Assembly: GCF_000372725.1 (NCBI RefSeq)
Contig: NW_005201269.1
Coordinates: 248,001-312,000, forward strand
Direction of reading: 5' to 3'
Source of the DNA: Emiliania huxleyi CCMP1516
Taxonomy: Eukaryota
Length of the DNA: 64,000 nt
Part shown: positions 37,904-48,199 of the stretch, in pieces
Numbering within the stretch: position 1 is the first letter of the stretch
Layout of the letters: each line of letters opens with the position of its first letter
Notes under the pieces: model-generated
The model's database searches: none
What the model was told of the DNA's origin: nothing
What the model saw: the letters and a program-made list of their open reading frames with translations, nothing else
Program-made: the position numbers and the translations under genes

Positions 37904-38715
37904 GCTCTGGGGGGAGGCGGGGGCCCCCGGAGGCACCATGCGCCGCGCCGCAGTGCGGAAACGGGGCTCCGGCGCTCAGAGTCGCTCAGAGCACCGACTT
38001 CCCGAATGATCACGGTTGATCAGAGGGCAGATTCGGAGAGATCTCGAGGAGTACATACAGATAGACCCTCTAACCATAAGAAACTTCCAACCTGATCGGT
38101 CGTACTGACCGCCGACAGATCACACTCCAGACAGCAGACAGGCCGACGTCTGCACGCGGCCGGCCGGGCGAGAGGCTTGACACGATCCGACCCTGCGACC
38201 CTGATGCTGCTGCTCTAGCTATCAGACATGCGCTGCTGACTGCTGCCACAATGTGCGACCGGTGCTGGCCCACTTGGCGGCCTTCCCGGTCAGTGGTGAG
38301 GCGCAGTTCAGAGCTGTCGATGGCGCGATGCCGCACTGGTCCCACATCGGTGACACGAGACCACCACGTTTGCCGGTCCAAGAGAGAGGCACCGGCGCTG
38401 TCCCGAGAAGGTGCATGGTCCCTCTTGACTGCCCATGCGCGCGAGGCTGTGTAGGCATAGCCTCGAGAGTGCCAGCAGCCAATCCGAGGCAGTTTGTGAC
38501 GCGCATTGCGTCAGAAGCGTGCACGCGCTGGAAGGACACCTTCCTACTGGCCGTACGATCAGGTCGTCACTGAATGCCGAAGACTAAGGCCGCGAGCTAT
38601 GCAGGCGGTCAGTTGAGCAGCATGGCACGGTCAGCAACGCCGAAAGGATGTCGCAAGGCGTGATAGCATGGCCGCAAGTTCGCCGACCCATGAAAACAAG
38701 TAAAAAATTGCGCGA
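37904..38715. repeat. ~810-bp dispersed repeat, copy 2
   Basis: Homologous to 8414-9245. Confidence 0.85.
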
Positions 38716-38834
38716 AAAAAGAAAAATGCCAAAAAAATCGGCGCCTGCGGCGGGCTGGGGGACCCCATCTCCCCCCCGCATGGGTATCCCCTAGGGCCCT
38801 CGCCTCCCCCCAGAGCGTTTTTGCGGGGTGATGC

Positions 38835-39799
38835 CGTCAGGGGCGGCGACCCCCCCATCTACAGGTGATATGCGCATCCTAGATGCCAAACGCCATCTAG
38901 GATGCGTTTTCCATCTAAGGACACCGGGTGTCTCCACTATGATTGGGTTCTCCAAGAAGATTCAATCATCTTTAGATGGTTGCCCCGCGTCTTTTGATAG
39001 CCCGTGACATCTCAGATACTGCTAAGCAGTCGTCTTCAGACGCACAAGTGTGCCGAGATGATACCCTCATCTTGGGTTAGTCCATGCATCCCAGGAGGCA
39101 ATGGAGGATGCGCAATGCATCTCAGGAACATGAGCGCGTTGTCGGATTTCCCCCCCTATTTTTCGATCGACAGTGTCGGAGTTTTTTGCCGAACCCGAAC
39201 CCGAAATAAAAACCAGTCTTACATATACAACCGCAACCTTCCATAGTGTAGAAAAGTCAGCATTAGCACAAGGGCTAAGTGCCCCCCACCATCACTCACT
39301 GGCTCCCATCACCATCAAGTAGTATTCCACAGACAACAGAGTAGTTAGTCACATCACACTTACATAGCCATACTAGTAGCAGCCGAGATTAGCATAGATT
39401 CATAGTCTGCACTCCCACTTTGATCCAAGGGCTCACACGCCGCTCAAGTCTTTATAATTTAACTAGCATTTTAAGTGTTTGTTATGACCCCCCCCGATGA
39501 ACACATCAGTGAGGGAGGGCGAGACGATCGAGGGGTCCCGTACCATGCGGAATCGACCCTATCAAGTGCTCAAGTGCTCAAGCATTTTAATGATTAAATG
39601 CCAAGCATCTTGGGATGCGAAAGCATCTTCAGATGATTCGAGCATCCCAGGATGCTCCGGCATCTTAAGTTGAAAATACCATCTAGAGATGCTCGAGCAT
39701 AGGCAAGACAGTGTGCAGTCCAAGTAGAGCGCATCTTAGATGCATATTATCTCAAGATGCGCATATCATCTGTAGATGGGGGGGTCGCTGCCCCTGACG
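38835..39799. mobile_element. Non-autonomous TIR DNA transposon (MITE-like)
   Basis: ~44-bp terminal inverted repeats (CGTCAGGGGCGGCGACCCCCCCATCTACAGGTGATATGCGCATC and its reverse complement with 2 mismatches). Subterminal GCATC..GATGC motifs are present. TGC flanks both ends. Confidence 0.8.
39483..39581 (+). repeat. Repeat family A, nested inside the MITE
   Basis: ATGACCCCCCCC..ATGAACACA..CAGTGAGGGAGGGCGAGACGATCGAGGGGTCCCGTACC..GTGCTCAAG matches 59211-59319. Confidence 0.85.
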
Positions 39800-40437
39800 T
39801 GCTTTGCACTTTGCAGGTACCATGGTATTTGCACCGGCCGGCGTGCGCGAGCTGTGTCCTGCTGTTGAAGTTTGAATGTGAGTGTGGACTTCTGGTTGCC
39901 TTCCACAGGCGGCGGCCGCCGCCGCGTGGCTGCGCGCCGAAACACCAAAATTCTTTCGTACTGGCGACACCTGTACGTGATGTATGTGCGCACGCATGTC
40001 GTTGGGATGCGGCAGTTCGGCCTGCACACGGAACAACTTGGCTGCGCCCATCAACCCAGCCACCGCGCGTAGAAAGCCATCCTCTGTGTTGGTATTGAAC
40101 ATATGTGCAACGAGGAGCATCTGCAAGTCGATGTCTGAGAAGATGTCGAGGAAAGCTGACTGCTGCTGCACTCCCTCCCTCCCCCCGCACCCCCCTCCCT
40201 CCCACCCCGCTGTGGACCGGCTGTTTCATTTCCTTGTACGGTGCGAGACACACACACTCTCTCTCTCCCTCTCCCTCCCTCCCTCCCTCCCTCCCTCCCT
40301 CCCTCTGACGACTCGAACCCGTGAAGCTTCCCCAAAATTCCGAGTGCCAGCAGCAGCCTCGTTGAGCCAGAACGTCGGCTCGCGAGGTGGGTGCTAGTAT
40401 GAGCCCGCTGAGGCGTAGTGCTCTTGCAGAGGCGGTT

Positions 40438-40533
40438 AGTGGTGCACTAACCCCGAGAAACCCTTCGGGTCACTCCTCATCGCAAACCCTGTCAGCAGTC
40501 CTCCTCCGGGAATGTACGTAAGAGCCACATACA
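40438..40533 (+). repeat. ~100-bp direct repeat, left copy
   Basis: AGTGGTGCACTAA..CCGAGAAACCCTTCGG..CTCATCGCAAACCCTGTCAGCAG..AATGTACGTAAGAGCCACATACA, repeated at 43619-43721. Confidence 0.85.
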
Positions 40534-40795
40534 TTGAGAGAACACAACCCCCTCTCTCTTTTCTCCCAGTAAGCTATAAGTACGTACGTACATTGAAAAT
40601 GCGGGCAAGAACGGTAGCGACTCCATCCCCCCCATCCGCCTTGGCTAAAATGGTACAATCGAGTACAATCGTACGCTCGTTCGTCCTTTTCGTAATCTCA
40701 ATCATCATTCCGGCGGTAGAGAAGCGACTCCATCCCCCCCGCGCTGGCCTCGTCTGCCTGGGCGCTCGCGCGAACGGTCGCACATACACGCGTAT

Positions 40796-41569
40796 ATGGT
40801 GCGCTTACACCCCTTCCTGCTACTCTCGCTACCTGGTCTTGCGCACGCCGAGACATTCACCATCCTGGGTGACGAGCTTGAAGGGGGCTGGAGCCTCGCC
40901 CCGTGGAACGACGGGATCACCGCGCCTGGCACAATGGAGGCGGTGTATGAAGATCCATGCGGACAAACGAACGGGCTCTCGTACAAGGCATCGCTTCCTC
41001 CCGGGCGGGCGTTCGACCTCCTCTGCGACCCCGCCACGTGCAATAATCTCATTCTTCCTGAATCAAAAGGTGGCCGCTACTCGAACATAGTTTTTGAGAT
41101 GTTCGTGCCGCCGACTCCGGACTCGTGCGGCGCTCCCGAGATCGTGGGCGATTCCGAAAGCTTCTTGGGTCTCGGAAATCTCGCTGCAGCATTCCACTCA
41201 GGACCAGGCGAGCCTAACCGGATCAAGGCGTGGAAAAATTTCGATCGCGAAGACTTCACCCTGAGCTCAAGCAATGGCAAGTACATATTCTGCACAGACG
41301 TGCCGGACTGGGAGGCAAGTGTAGAAGGAGACGGGTGGGGGCTGCTGGCATTCGTCAACCTCCCTGGCTCCGCAACGTCGGATTTCTACCTGGACACTGT
41401 CTACTTGGCGGACCAGGCATCGGCCGCGGAACTTGGGTGCAAGCAAGACCTTGACGATTCCATCGACACTTGCATCGTCTGCCCACCCTCGAGGCGCCAT
41501 CTTCTGTTTGCCAGCCTTCCCTGCTGCCCAGACTGGGGACTCCCTGACCGGGGCACGGAGTACTACTGA
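40796..41569 (+). CDS. Secreted hypothetical protein, intronless
   Basis: Signal peptide MVRLHPFLLLSLPGLAHA, a Trp/Asp/Cys-rich globular region, and a C-terminal CIVCPPSRRHLLFASLPCCP. Confidence 0.7.
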   Translation: MVRLHPFLLLSLPGLAHAETFTILGDELEGGWSLAPWNDGITAPGTMEAVYEDPCGQTNGLSYKASLPPGRAFDLLCDPATCNNLILPESKGGRYSNIVFEMFVPPTPDSCGAPEIVGDSESFLGLGNLAAAFHSGPGEPNRIKAWKNFDREDFTLSSSNGKYIFCTDVPDWEASVEGDGWGLLAFVNLPGSATSDFYLDTVYLADQASAAELGCKQDLDDSIDTCIVCPPSRRHLLFASLPCCPDWGLPDRGTEYY

Positions 41570-42110
41570 ACTCCACCATTTGGTGATCTGTGATCGGCAA
41601 AGAAGCTGCGCCGCCCCAATGACAAGGAGACGGTGAGTAGGCAAGCGAGAGCCAGACCGGACGCACCTCCCAGGAAGAAGCGACAGTGCAATACGCATAG
41701 GTCGGGTGATATGGGGAGATACGGGGAGATATGGGGAGATATGGGGAGTATGGGCAGCAAAGGATGCGCACCTCCGGCCCCTGCAGCATGCTTAGAGCGC
41801 CGCAGATTGGCCGCTCGTGCAGAGGCGAGAGGTTTGAGTAACAGCATCGTGTGTGTCTCGCGCCTTGCGGGGGGGGGAGTAAAAAAAGCTGGAACGTCTT
41901 CCCAAGAGCGCCACTCTTGGAGCGCCGCCACTACCTACCGGTGCCCCAGGACGCACGGCCCGCCGCAGCCGGAGGCCCACGGGAGAGCGTCGAGACGTGT
42001 TTCGACATCGAGTGCCCTCTCCGTTGCCCCGGTGGCGGTCTGTGTCCTGCCAGCGCGCACCAGTACAGCACCAGTGCCAGTGCCAGTCCCGTGCGAGCCT
42101 ATCGAGCTTG

Positions 42111-43579
42111 ATGCTGCCGCGCTCGCTCGCTCGCCGAGCAGCCGCCGCTTGCACGGCCCGTCACGGTAGTCGCTGCCTCTCTACGGCTGCCGCTGACCAG
42201 ACCTACGATCTCGCCGTCGTCGGCGGCGGCGTGATGGGCGTGTGGGCCGCGATTGCGGCGGCCAAGCGCGGAGCCTCAGTCGCCCTCGCCGACCAGTTCG
42301 AGCCGGCCCACGTCCACGGCTCGTCGCACGGCGACGGCCGCATCTACCGGCTTGCGTACGAGCAGGACCATTACGTCGACATGATGGAGCGCAGCCTGCC
42401 ACTCTGGCACGAGCTGCAGGAGGCGGCCGGAGAGCCGCTTCTCGCGCGCACGGGCGGCATCACTGTCGCCGACGCGGCGGCCGCGGGCGAGAACCGCAAC
42501 GACGCGCTGCGTGCCATCTACGCGCGGCGCGGCATACCGCACGAGACGCTCTCCGCTGCCGCGACAAACGAGCGCTTCCCGCAATTCTCGCTCTCGCCGA
42601 GCCTCGAGGCGCTGTACCAGCCCGACTTTGGCGTCCTCTTCGCCTCGAAGTCGGTCGCGGCGGCGTGGGCGTACGCGCGCGCGCTGGGCGTCGACACGTA
42701 CGTCCCCTTCCGCGCGGCGGCCTTCCGCTCCGACGGGGGCCAGGGCCAGGGCTCGGTCGTGCTAAGCGAGCAGGGCGCGGAGCTTCGCTCTCGCTCGCTG
42801 GTCGTGGCTCCCGGCGCGTGGCTGTCGTCGCTGTCCCACACCCTGTGACTAGCCTTGGAGAGCCGGCCAAGCCCTCCCTGGCGCCCTCTCACTCTGAGGG
42901 GGAGCCCGTGCGCTGTAGGTTTGGCCTCCGCATTCCGACCCGCGTCTCCGCCGAGACCGTCTGCTACTACCGCCCGCAGGCGGAGTCGGCTGGAAGCACG
43001 CGCGGCCCAGTCCCCGACCACTCGTACCGCTCGATGCCCGTCTTCATCTTCCAGACGGAGAACGGCTGTGAGGGCATGTCGGGGATGGGCTACTACGGCC
43101 TGCCCACCATCGACGTGCCTGGCGTCAAGGCGTCCGCGCACTACTGCGGCCCAACCGTGCACCCGGACGCACGGCCCGCCGCAGCCGGAGGCCCAGCCGC
43201 GGTGCTCGGCCGCACCCTCGCCGGCGCGGCGGGCGAGGAGGAGGCCGCCGCGCGGCGCGTGGCGGAGGTGGTCGCATCGACGTCGCGCCTCGTTCGCGAC
43301 AGCCTGCCGCACTGCGAGCAGACGCCGTTTGAGACCCAGTCCTGCCTCTACACGAGCACCTGCGACCACGACTACGTCCTCTCGCGCGTGCCGGGCCACG
43401 AGCGAGTCGTCCTCGCGGGGGGAGGCTCGGGGCACGCCTTCAAGATGGGGCCCGCGCTCGGCGAGATGGCGGCCGCCGCCGCGCTTGGCTGGGAGCCGCC
43501 ACTCTCGCTGGCGCCCTTTGCGGTGGAGAGGCTGCTGGGCGCGTCGCTGCCGGACGAGTCGCTTGCGAGTAGGAGGTGA
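42111..43579 (+). CDS. FAD-dependent sarcosine oxidase/PIPOX-like oxidoreductase
   Basis: YDLAVVGGGVMG, GSSHGDGRIYRLAY, QSCLYTST.DHDYVL and GGSGHAFKMGPALG. One GT-AG intron at 42845-42918. Confidence 0.92.
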
Positions 43580-43618
43580 AAAGGTAAGCGAAATAAAAGA
43601 AATCGCTAGCGTGCCCGC

Positions 43619-43721
43619 AGTGGTGCACTAAGACTAACCTCCGAGAAACCCTTCGGATCGCTCCCTCATCGCAAACCCTGTCAGCAGAGTCCTCCGGGAA
43701 TGTACGTAAGAGCCACATACA
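43619..43721 (+). repeat. ~100-bp direct repeat, right copy
   Basis: Matches 40438-40533 with small indels. Confidence 0.85.
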
Positions 43722-43982
43722 CCGAAAACCCGCCTGCCGGCCGACCTCGCCTCACAGCATGTACATGACGGCTTGCCCCCCGAGCAGAAGCAGCAAAAAA
43801 GAAATCGAGTAGTCGGTCTGACCCTCTCTCGCCAGCGCGCCTTGGTTCGGCGTGGCGCGCCTACCGTGCCCAGTGTTGTGCTCGCGAGCTTTTTCCTCTT
43901 CCCGGGACGACGTACCGGAAGCCTGGGAACGTGCTAAAATTCTTTTTGCTGTGCCAGTTGCGCGCCGAGCCTGTGCCTTTGT

Positions 43983-44708
43983 ATGGCGCCGCCGCTCGAG
44001 GCGCGCGTGCCTCGCGCCCCGGCTGGTACTTTCAGCCGCAAGCAGCGCGAGCTTCGCATCAAGCGCGGCCTGTTACTACCTCCGGCCTGGCGCGTGCCGA
44101 CCGAGCGCAGCCTTCACTTCTTCTTGAAGGGCGTGTTGTGCTGTGCGGAGCTCCTCGACGCCATCCAGACCTGGCGGACTGGTAAGGAGAACACGCTGCG
44201 TCAGATCGCCGAAGTAATAACGCGACAGCTGATATCCAACACGCCTTCGTCGCGACACGCGCTCATCAAGCGCTTGGTCCGCGACGCGCTGCTGAGCGAC
44301 AGCGAGGGCAACTACTACTCGATCGCAGCTACCGAGAAGAGGTTGCGCCACCTCGACTACGAAGACTGCTGCGCGCGTGATCACTACACGAGTCGCAGCT
44401 ACGGCAAACGCTTTCACCCCTACGTCCTTTACAGGTTCATCCTGTTCTTGCAGACACACAACAAATTGTTGCGCTCTAAGATTGAGCAGACGGCATCCTG
44501 CGCCGTGTGCAAGGAGCGCGCCGCGCGCCGCGCCGAGGAAGGCGGCGTCCCAGTCATCTGGCGGCAAGCGGAGCCGTGCCGCCATTGGACTTGCGATACG
44601 TGTACCCGCGACCTCGCCGCCCGCGGCATGGCCAACCACTGCAGCTTGTGCCGGGCAAGGGTGATCTCCTACCCGCTCGGCGTTGCGCCCGGCGCCAACC
44701 AGAGCTGA
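43983..44708 (+). CDS. Hypothetical protein with a C-terminal RING-type zinc finger
   Basis: CAVC..PCRHWTCDTC..CSLCR pattern. Confidence 0.65.
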   Translation: MAPPLEARVPRAPAGTFSRKQRELRIKRGLLLPPAWRVPTERSLHFFLKGVLCCAELLDAIQTWRTGKENTLRQIAEVITRQLISNTPSSRHALIKRLVRDALLSDSEGNYYSIAATEKRLRHLDYEDCCARDHYTSRSYGKRFHPYVLYRFILFLQTHNKLLRSKIEQTASCAVCKERAARRAEEGGVPVIWRQAEPCRHWTCDTCTRDLAARGMANHCSLCRARVISYPLGVAPGANQS

Positions 44709-45388
44709 CGCTCCATCTAGGGCGGGGCCGGTGCGCGTCGGTGCACCCGGCTCCGCGTGCTGAGCGACCGTCTAGCAGTGTCGTGTGTGGTACCGCGAGC
44801 GACGCGTAGTCGTGTGTATGTCTCGCTCTCCCTCTCGGCGGTGGCCGGTGCGTCGAGCGTGACGGGGATGAGATACGAATCTCTCGATCGCCCGAGGTAA
44901 GGTAATTTTTTCAACGTGGTGGGGGAGGGCCGGGGCAACCCGCGCAACTCCACACCCACACCCACGCCGCACGCGCGCCTGAATCACTATAGTATGCTAA
45001 TTGCTATTTCCTATTACTAATCGCGGTGTCGACTGTCGTCTTCCTGGTCGTCTAGCATGGTAGGGCAACGGCTTGAGTGAGCGCTCATCTCGGTTCTCGC
45101 TCGCTCTCTCGAACCACGGCTCTCGATGTGTATGTCTCTATCATCCGTGTAGTGTCTCTCGCGTCTCGGCACGGCCTCTCCACCTCTCGCGGGCTCAGCT
45201 ATCCGTGAGTCTCGCTCTCTAAGGGTGTGGGACGAGTATCTCGAATCTCGCGCGCTCTCTACGTGCGCACAAACAAACTGTGTCCCGCCGAGGAGGCGCC
45301 TCACGCCAGTCGATGGCCGGCCGGCAACGCCTCTGCTCGGCACCGCCATCGGGAGATGGCGGGCGGCCGGGGGAAGCGGCTCGCGGGC

Positions 45389-47312
45389 CTACACGCTAGC
45401 CGCCTCGGCCTTGGCCGCGGCCTTGGCCGCGGAATTGGTCTGGCGGCAGAGCGGGCAGGGCCCGCCGGTGGCGACGGCGAGGTTGACAGCGACGCGGCCG
45501 TCGCCGGCCGCGCTCAGCGCGCTCAGGCTGGCGCACACGCGCGCCTGCTTCGAGCGCACGTGGTCGCCTGCTGGCATCGTGTCGACGGGCACATCGCGGC
45601 TCGCCATCGCCGCCTCGCTCATGTCGAGGTCCGGGTCGTGGGCGTGCTGGGTGAAGGCGAGCGTCGGCGGCGCGGAGACCTCGCCGCCGCGCGGCGCCGC
45701 CTTGACCTGCTGCTTGTAGGAGATGTAGTCGTGCTCCCAAACCTCCACGACGACGTAGCCCTCGGGGCGGGACGTGCCGTCGAGGCCGAGGTGCGGCCCC
45801 TTGATGTACTGCTCGGTGCGGCCTGCGCAGGGGGAGGAGGCTAAGCCACGAGCCGAGGTGGGCGCATGGCGGGGCGGAGCGGGGCGCGCACGGCGCGTCT
45901 TGTTCCACAGCGCCGGGCCCCACTGGTGCCCGACGCCGAACGTCTCGTGCAGCGGGTTGCCGGGGGGGAACCCGTGGTAACGGTTGCCCTGGTACTGGTA
46001 GGCGACGAGCGCGCCGTCGGAGGCGCGGCGGCACACCGCGTCCACCTTGATGCGAGGGTGGTCGGCGAGGATGCTCGCCTCCCAACCTATTCACGGAAGG
46101 AGATGTGAAGAGGCGCGCTGCTCACCGCGAGCGAGGGGGTTGGCGGCGAGCGCGTGCACCCTCGGGCTCCTCGCCGACCTCGAAGTGCACGTGGCGAAGC
46201 ACGTCGAGGCCCTCCTGCTTGGCGAGCACGTGCAGCGCGTCGCACGCCGCGTGCGAAGCGCCCGCCTTGTGAGACGACTTTGTGCCCGCCTCGACCGCGT
46301 GCTTTGAGCAGAGCTGGTGCGGGGCCGAGCGGCCGGAGGCGTCGGGAGGGCCGTCGAACCCGGCGCAGACGAGCTCGCCCTCGCGGGAGCACACCACGCA
46401 GTAGGCGGCCGACGAGTCGCCCGGCCACGGCACGTTGCGGCGGAGGTACTCGGACCTAGGGATGTAAAGAGACACGGTTAGCTGCCGTGGCCGAGCGAGC
46501 CGTCGGGAGCAGAGGCGCGAGTCGCGCCGCGAGCAGGTCGCGCAGATGTTGGGCGTGTTGAGGAGCGACGGGTTCTTGAACCCGTAGCCCTCGAAGGGCT
46601 TGCTGCAGCCGCCGCAGACGCGGTAGTCCTCCGGCAGCCGCGCGCTGCAGTTGCGGCGGAGGTGAGCCGCCATGTCGACGACCTCCAGGCCGCAGTGCTC
46701 GCAGGCCACCCGCCGCTCCGCCGCCGGCCCGAGCAGCGAGCTGCAGCCGCGGCGGCGGTGAGCCGCCAAGTCGACGACCTCCAGGCCGCAGTGCTCGCAG
46801 GCCATCCGCCGCTCCGCCGCCGGCCCGAGCAGCGAGCTGCAGTCGCGGCGGCGGTGAGCCGCCAAGTCGACGACCTCCAGGCCGCAGTGCTCGCAGGCCA
46901 CCCGCCGCTCCGCCGCCGGCCCGAGCAGCGAGCTGCAGTCGCGGCGGCGGTGAGCCGCCAAGTTGACGACCTCCAGGCCGCAGTGCTCGCAGGCCACCCG
47001 CCGCTCCGCCGCCGGCCCGAGCAGCGCGCTGCAGCCGCGGCGGCGGTGCTGCGGCAGGTCGAGGACCTGCACGGCGCAGTGCTCGCAGGCCTGCCTCCCG
47101 GCTGGCGACCGCTTCCGCTTCTTGCCGCGGCCGGCGCGCAATCTCTTCACTGCACAGCCCGGCACTGCGCCGTCGTTGGCGGCTGCGAGCAGCGTGTTGA
47201 GGTCGCCGAACACCACCTCGGCATCCACCGGCTCGTCGAGTGCCTCCTGCAGCGCCGCGCTCTCTGCCGCCTCGCGCGCCTTCGTGCTAAGCTTCCGCTC
47301 GCGCCCCACCAT
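45389..47312 (-). CDS. Zinc-finger repeat protein with a PHD-like segment and a Vsr-like (DUF559-type) endonuclease domain
   Basis: Five CEHC-x9-H-x4-C units (96-bp tandem repeat) are followed by YCVVCSREGELVC. After splicing the product reads EEPEGWEASILADHPRIKVDAVC..VAYQYQGNRYHGFP..LWNKTRRR..EGYVVVEVWEHDY. Confidence 0.7.
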
Positions 47313-47494
47313 GAGGCAGCCGCGAACGACTTGGAAAGACGTCAAAGAATTTTACCGAAGTCACATGTTTTCTTTAAGGCCCTTCTCCCGTTCCCCTGTG
47401 TCCCTGATCGTCCTTACAAGATCCTGCTCGTGCAGGTGGGGACCCTGTCCTTCTCCCACCCCTCGTTTGGCGTGCCCGTTTTATTTATTTATTT

Positions 47495-47632
47495 ATTCCC
47501 TGCGAACGCGCACCCCCTGGGCTAGGGCTCTCTTGCCCGCAACCCGATGCCAATCATCCGGCCCGCTGGGTGCGCTTCTGAGCTCCCCGGCCCTGGATGT
47601 GCGGTTAATGACTGCACTCCAAGTGCTCCAAG
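47495..47632 (+). repeat. Repeat family B copy
   Basis: Matches 12643-12780. Confidence 0.85.
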
Positions 47633-47789
47633 CAAAGGCGGTGCCACAACACGATTCACGCGACAGGCAAGGCACGGGCGACGGCTTCCTCAGAAGCCGT
47701 CGTCCACGGTCAAAGAATTTTACAACAACGGTCGCACTTGAATGCTCGCCTTGCTCGCCTTGCTCGCCCTCGCTCTGCCCCAGCCCTTC

Positions 47790-48025
47790 GAGTTCGCGCG
47801 GATTTCGCGAACTCCGAACTCGAACGAACGCAGCCGGCGGGGCCCAGCCCGAACCTCGAAACTGAACGGACCGCGCCGGCTGCGGAAGGCGCGAACTGCG
47901 AAAACGAACGAACGTTCGTGAACTCCGTTCGAACTTAGGAAAAAAGAAAATCATCGGCGGAAATTCGTTCGTTCGGCGTGCGGTTCAGCCTCGAGCCGCG
48001 CTGAACGAACGAACTCGCGCAACTG
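47790..48025. repeat. CGAA/TTCG-rich segment, possible MITE remnant
   Basis: Dense CGAAC/GTTCG motifs in both orientations. Confidence 0.45.
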
Positions 48026-48199
48026 CGCCACGTGCGCGCGTGTGGACGCGGTCTGGCCCTCAATCTCAGGTGCCCATATACACAGAGGCGGCACTAGCAC
48101 AGTTCTGACGGTCCGCGACAGTCTGCAATCTAGCGGACTACGGGCGCGACTACCCCGGTGCGCCGCCGCCCGCCGCGGACCATTGAAGAGGGGACAGCC

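Noticed and set aside
39752..40171. Coding-like minus-strand fragment (FLDIFSDIDLQMLLVAH...)
   Set aside because: It is short, runs into the MITE end, and has no recognisable family.
46645..47095. Regular repeats resembling a CRISPR array (also 2083-2365)
   Set aside because: There are no unique spacers and no cas genes. These are coding or intronic tandem repeats.
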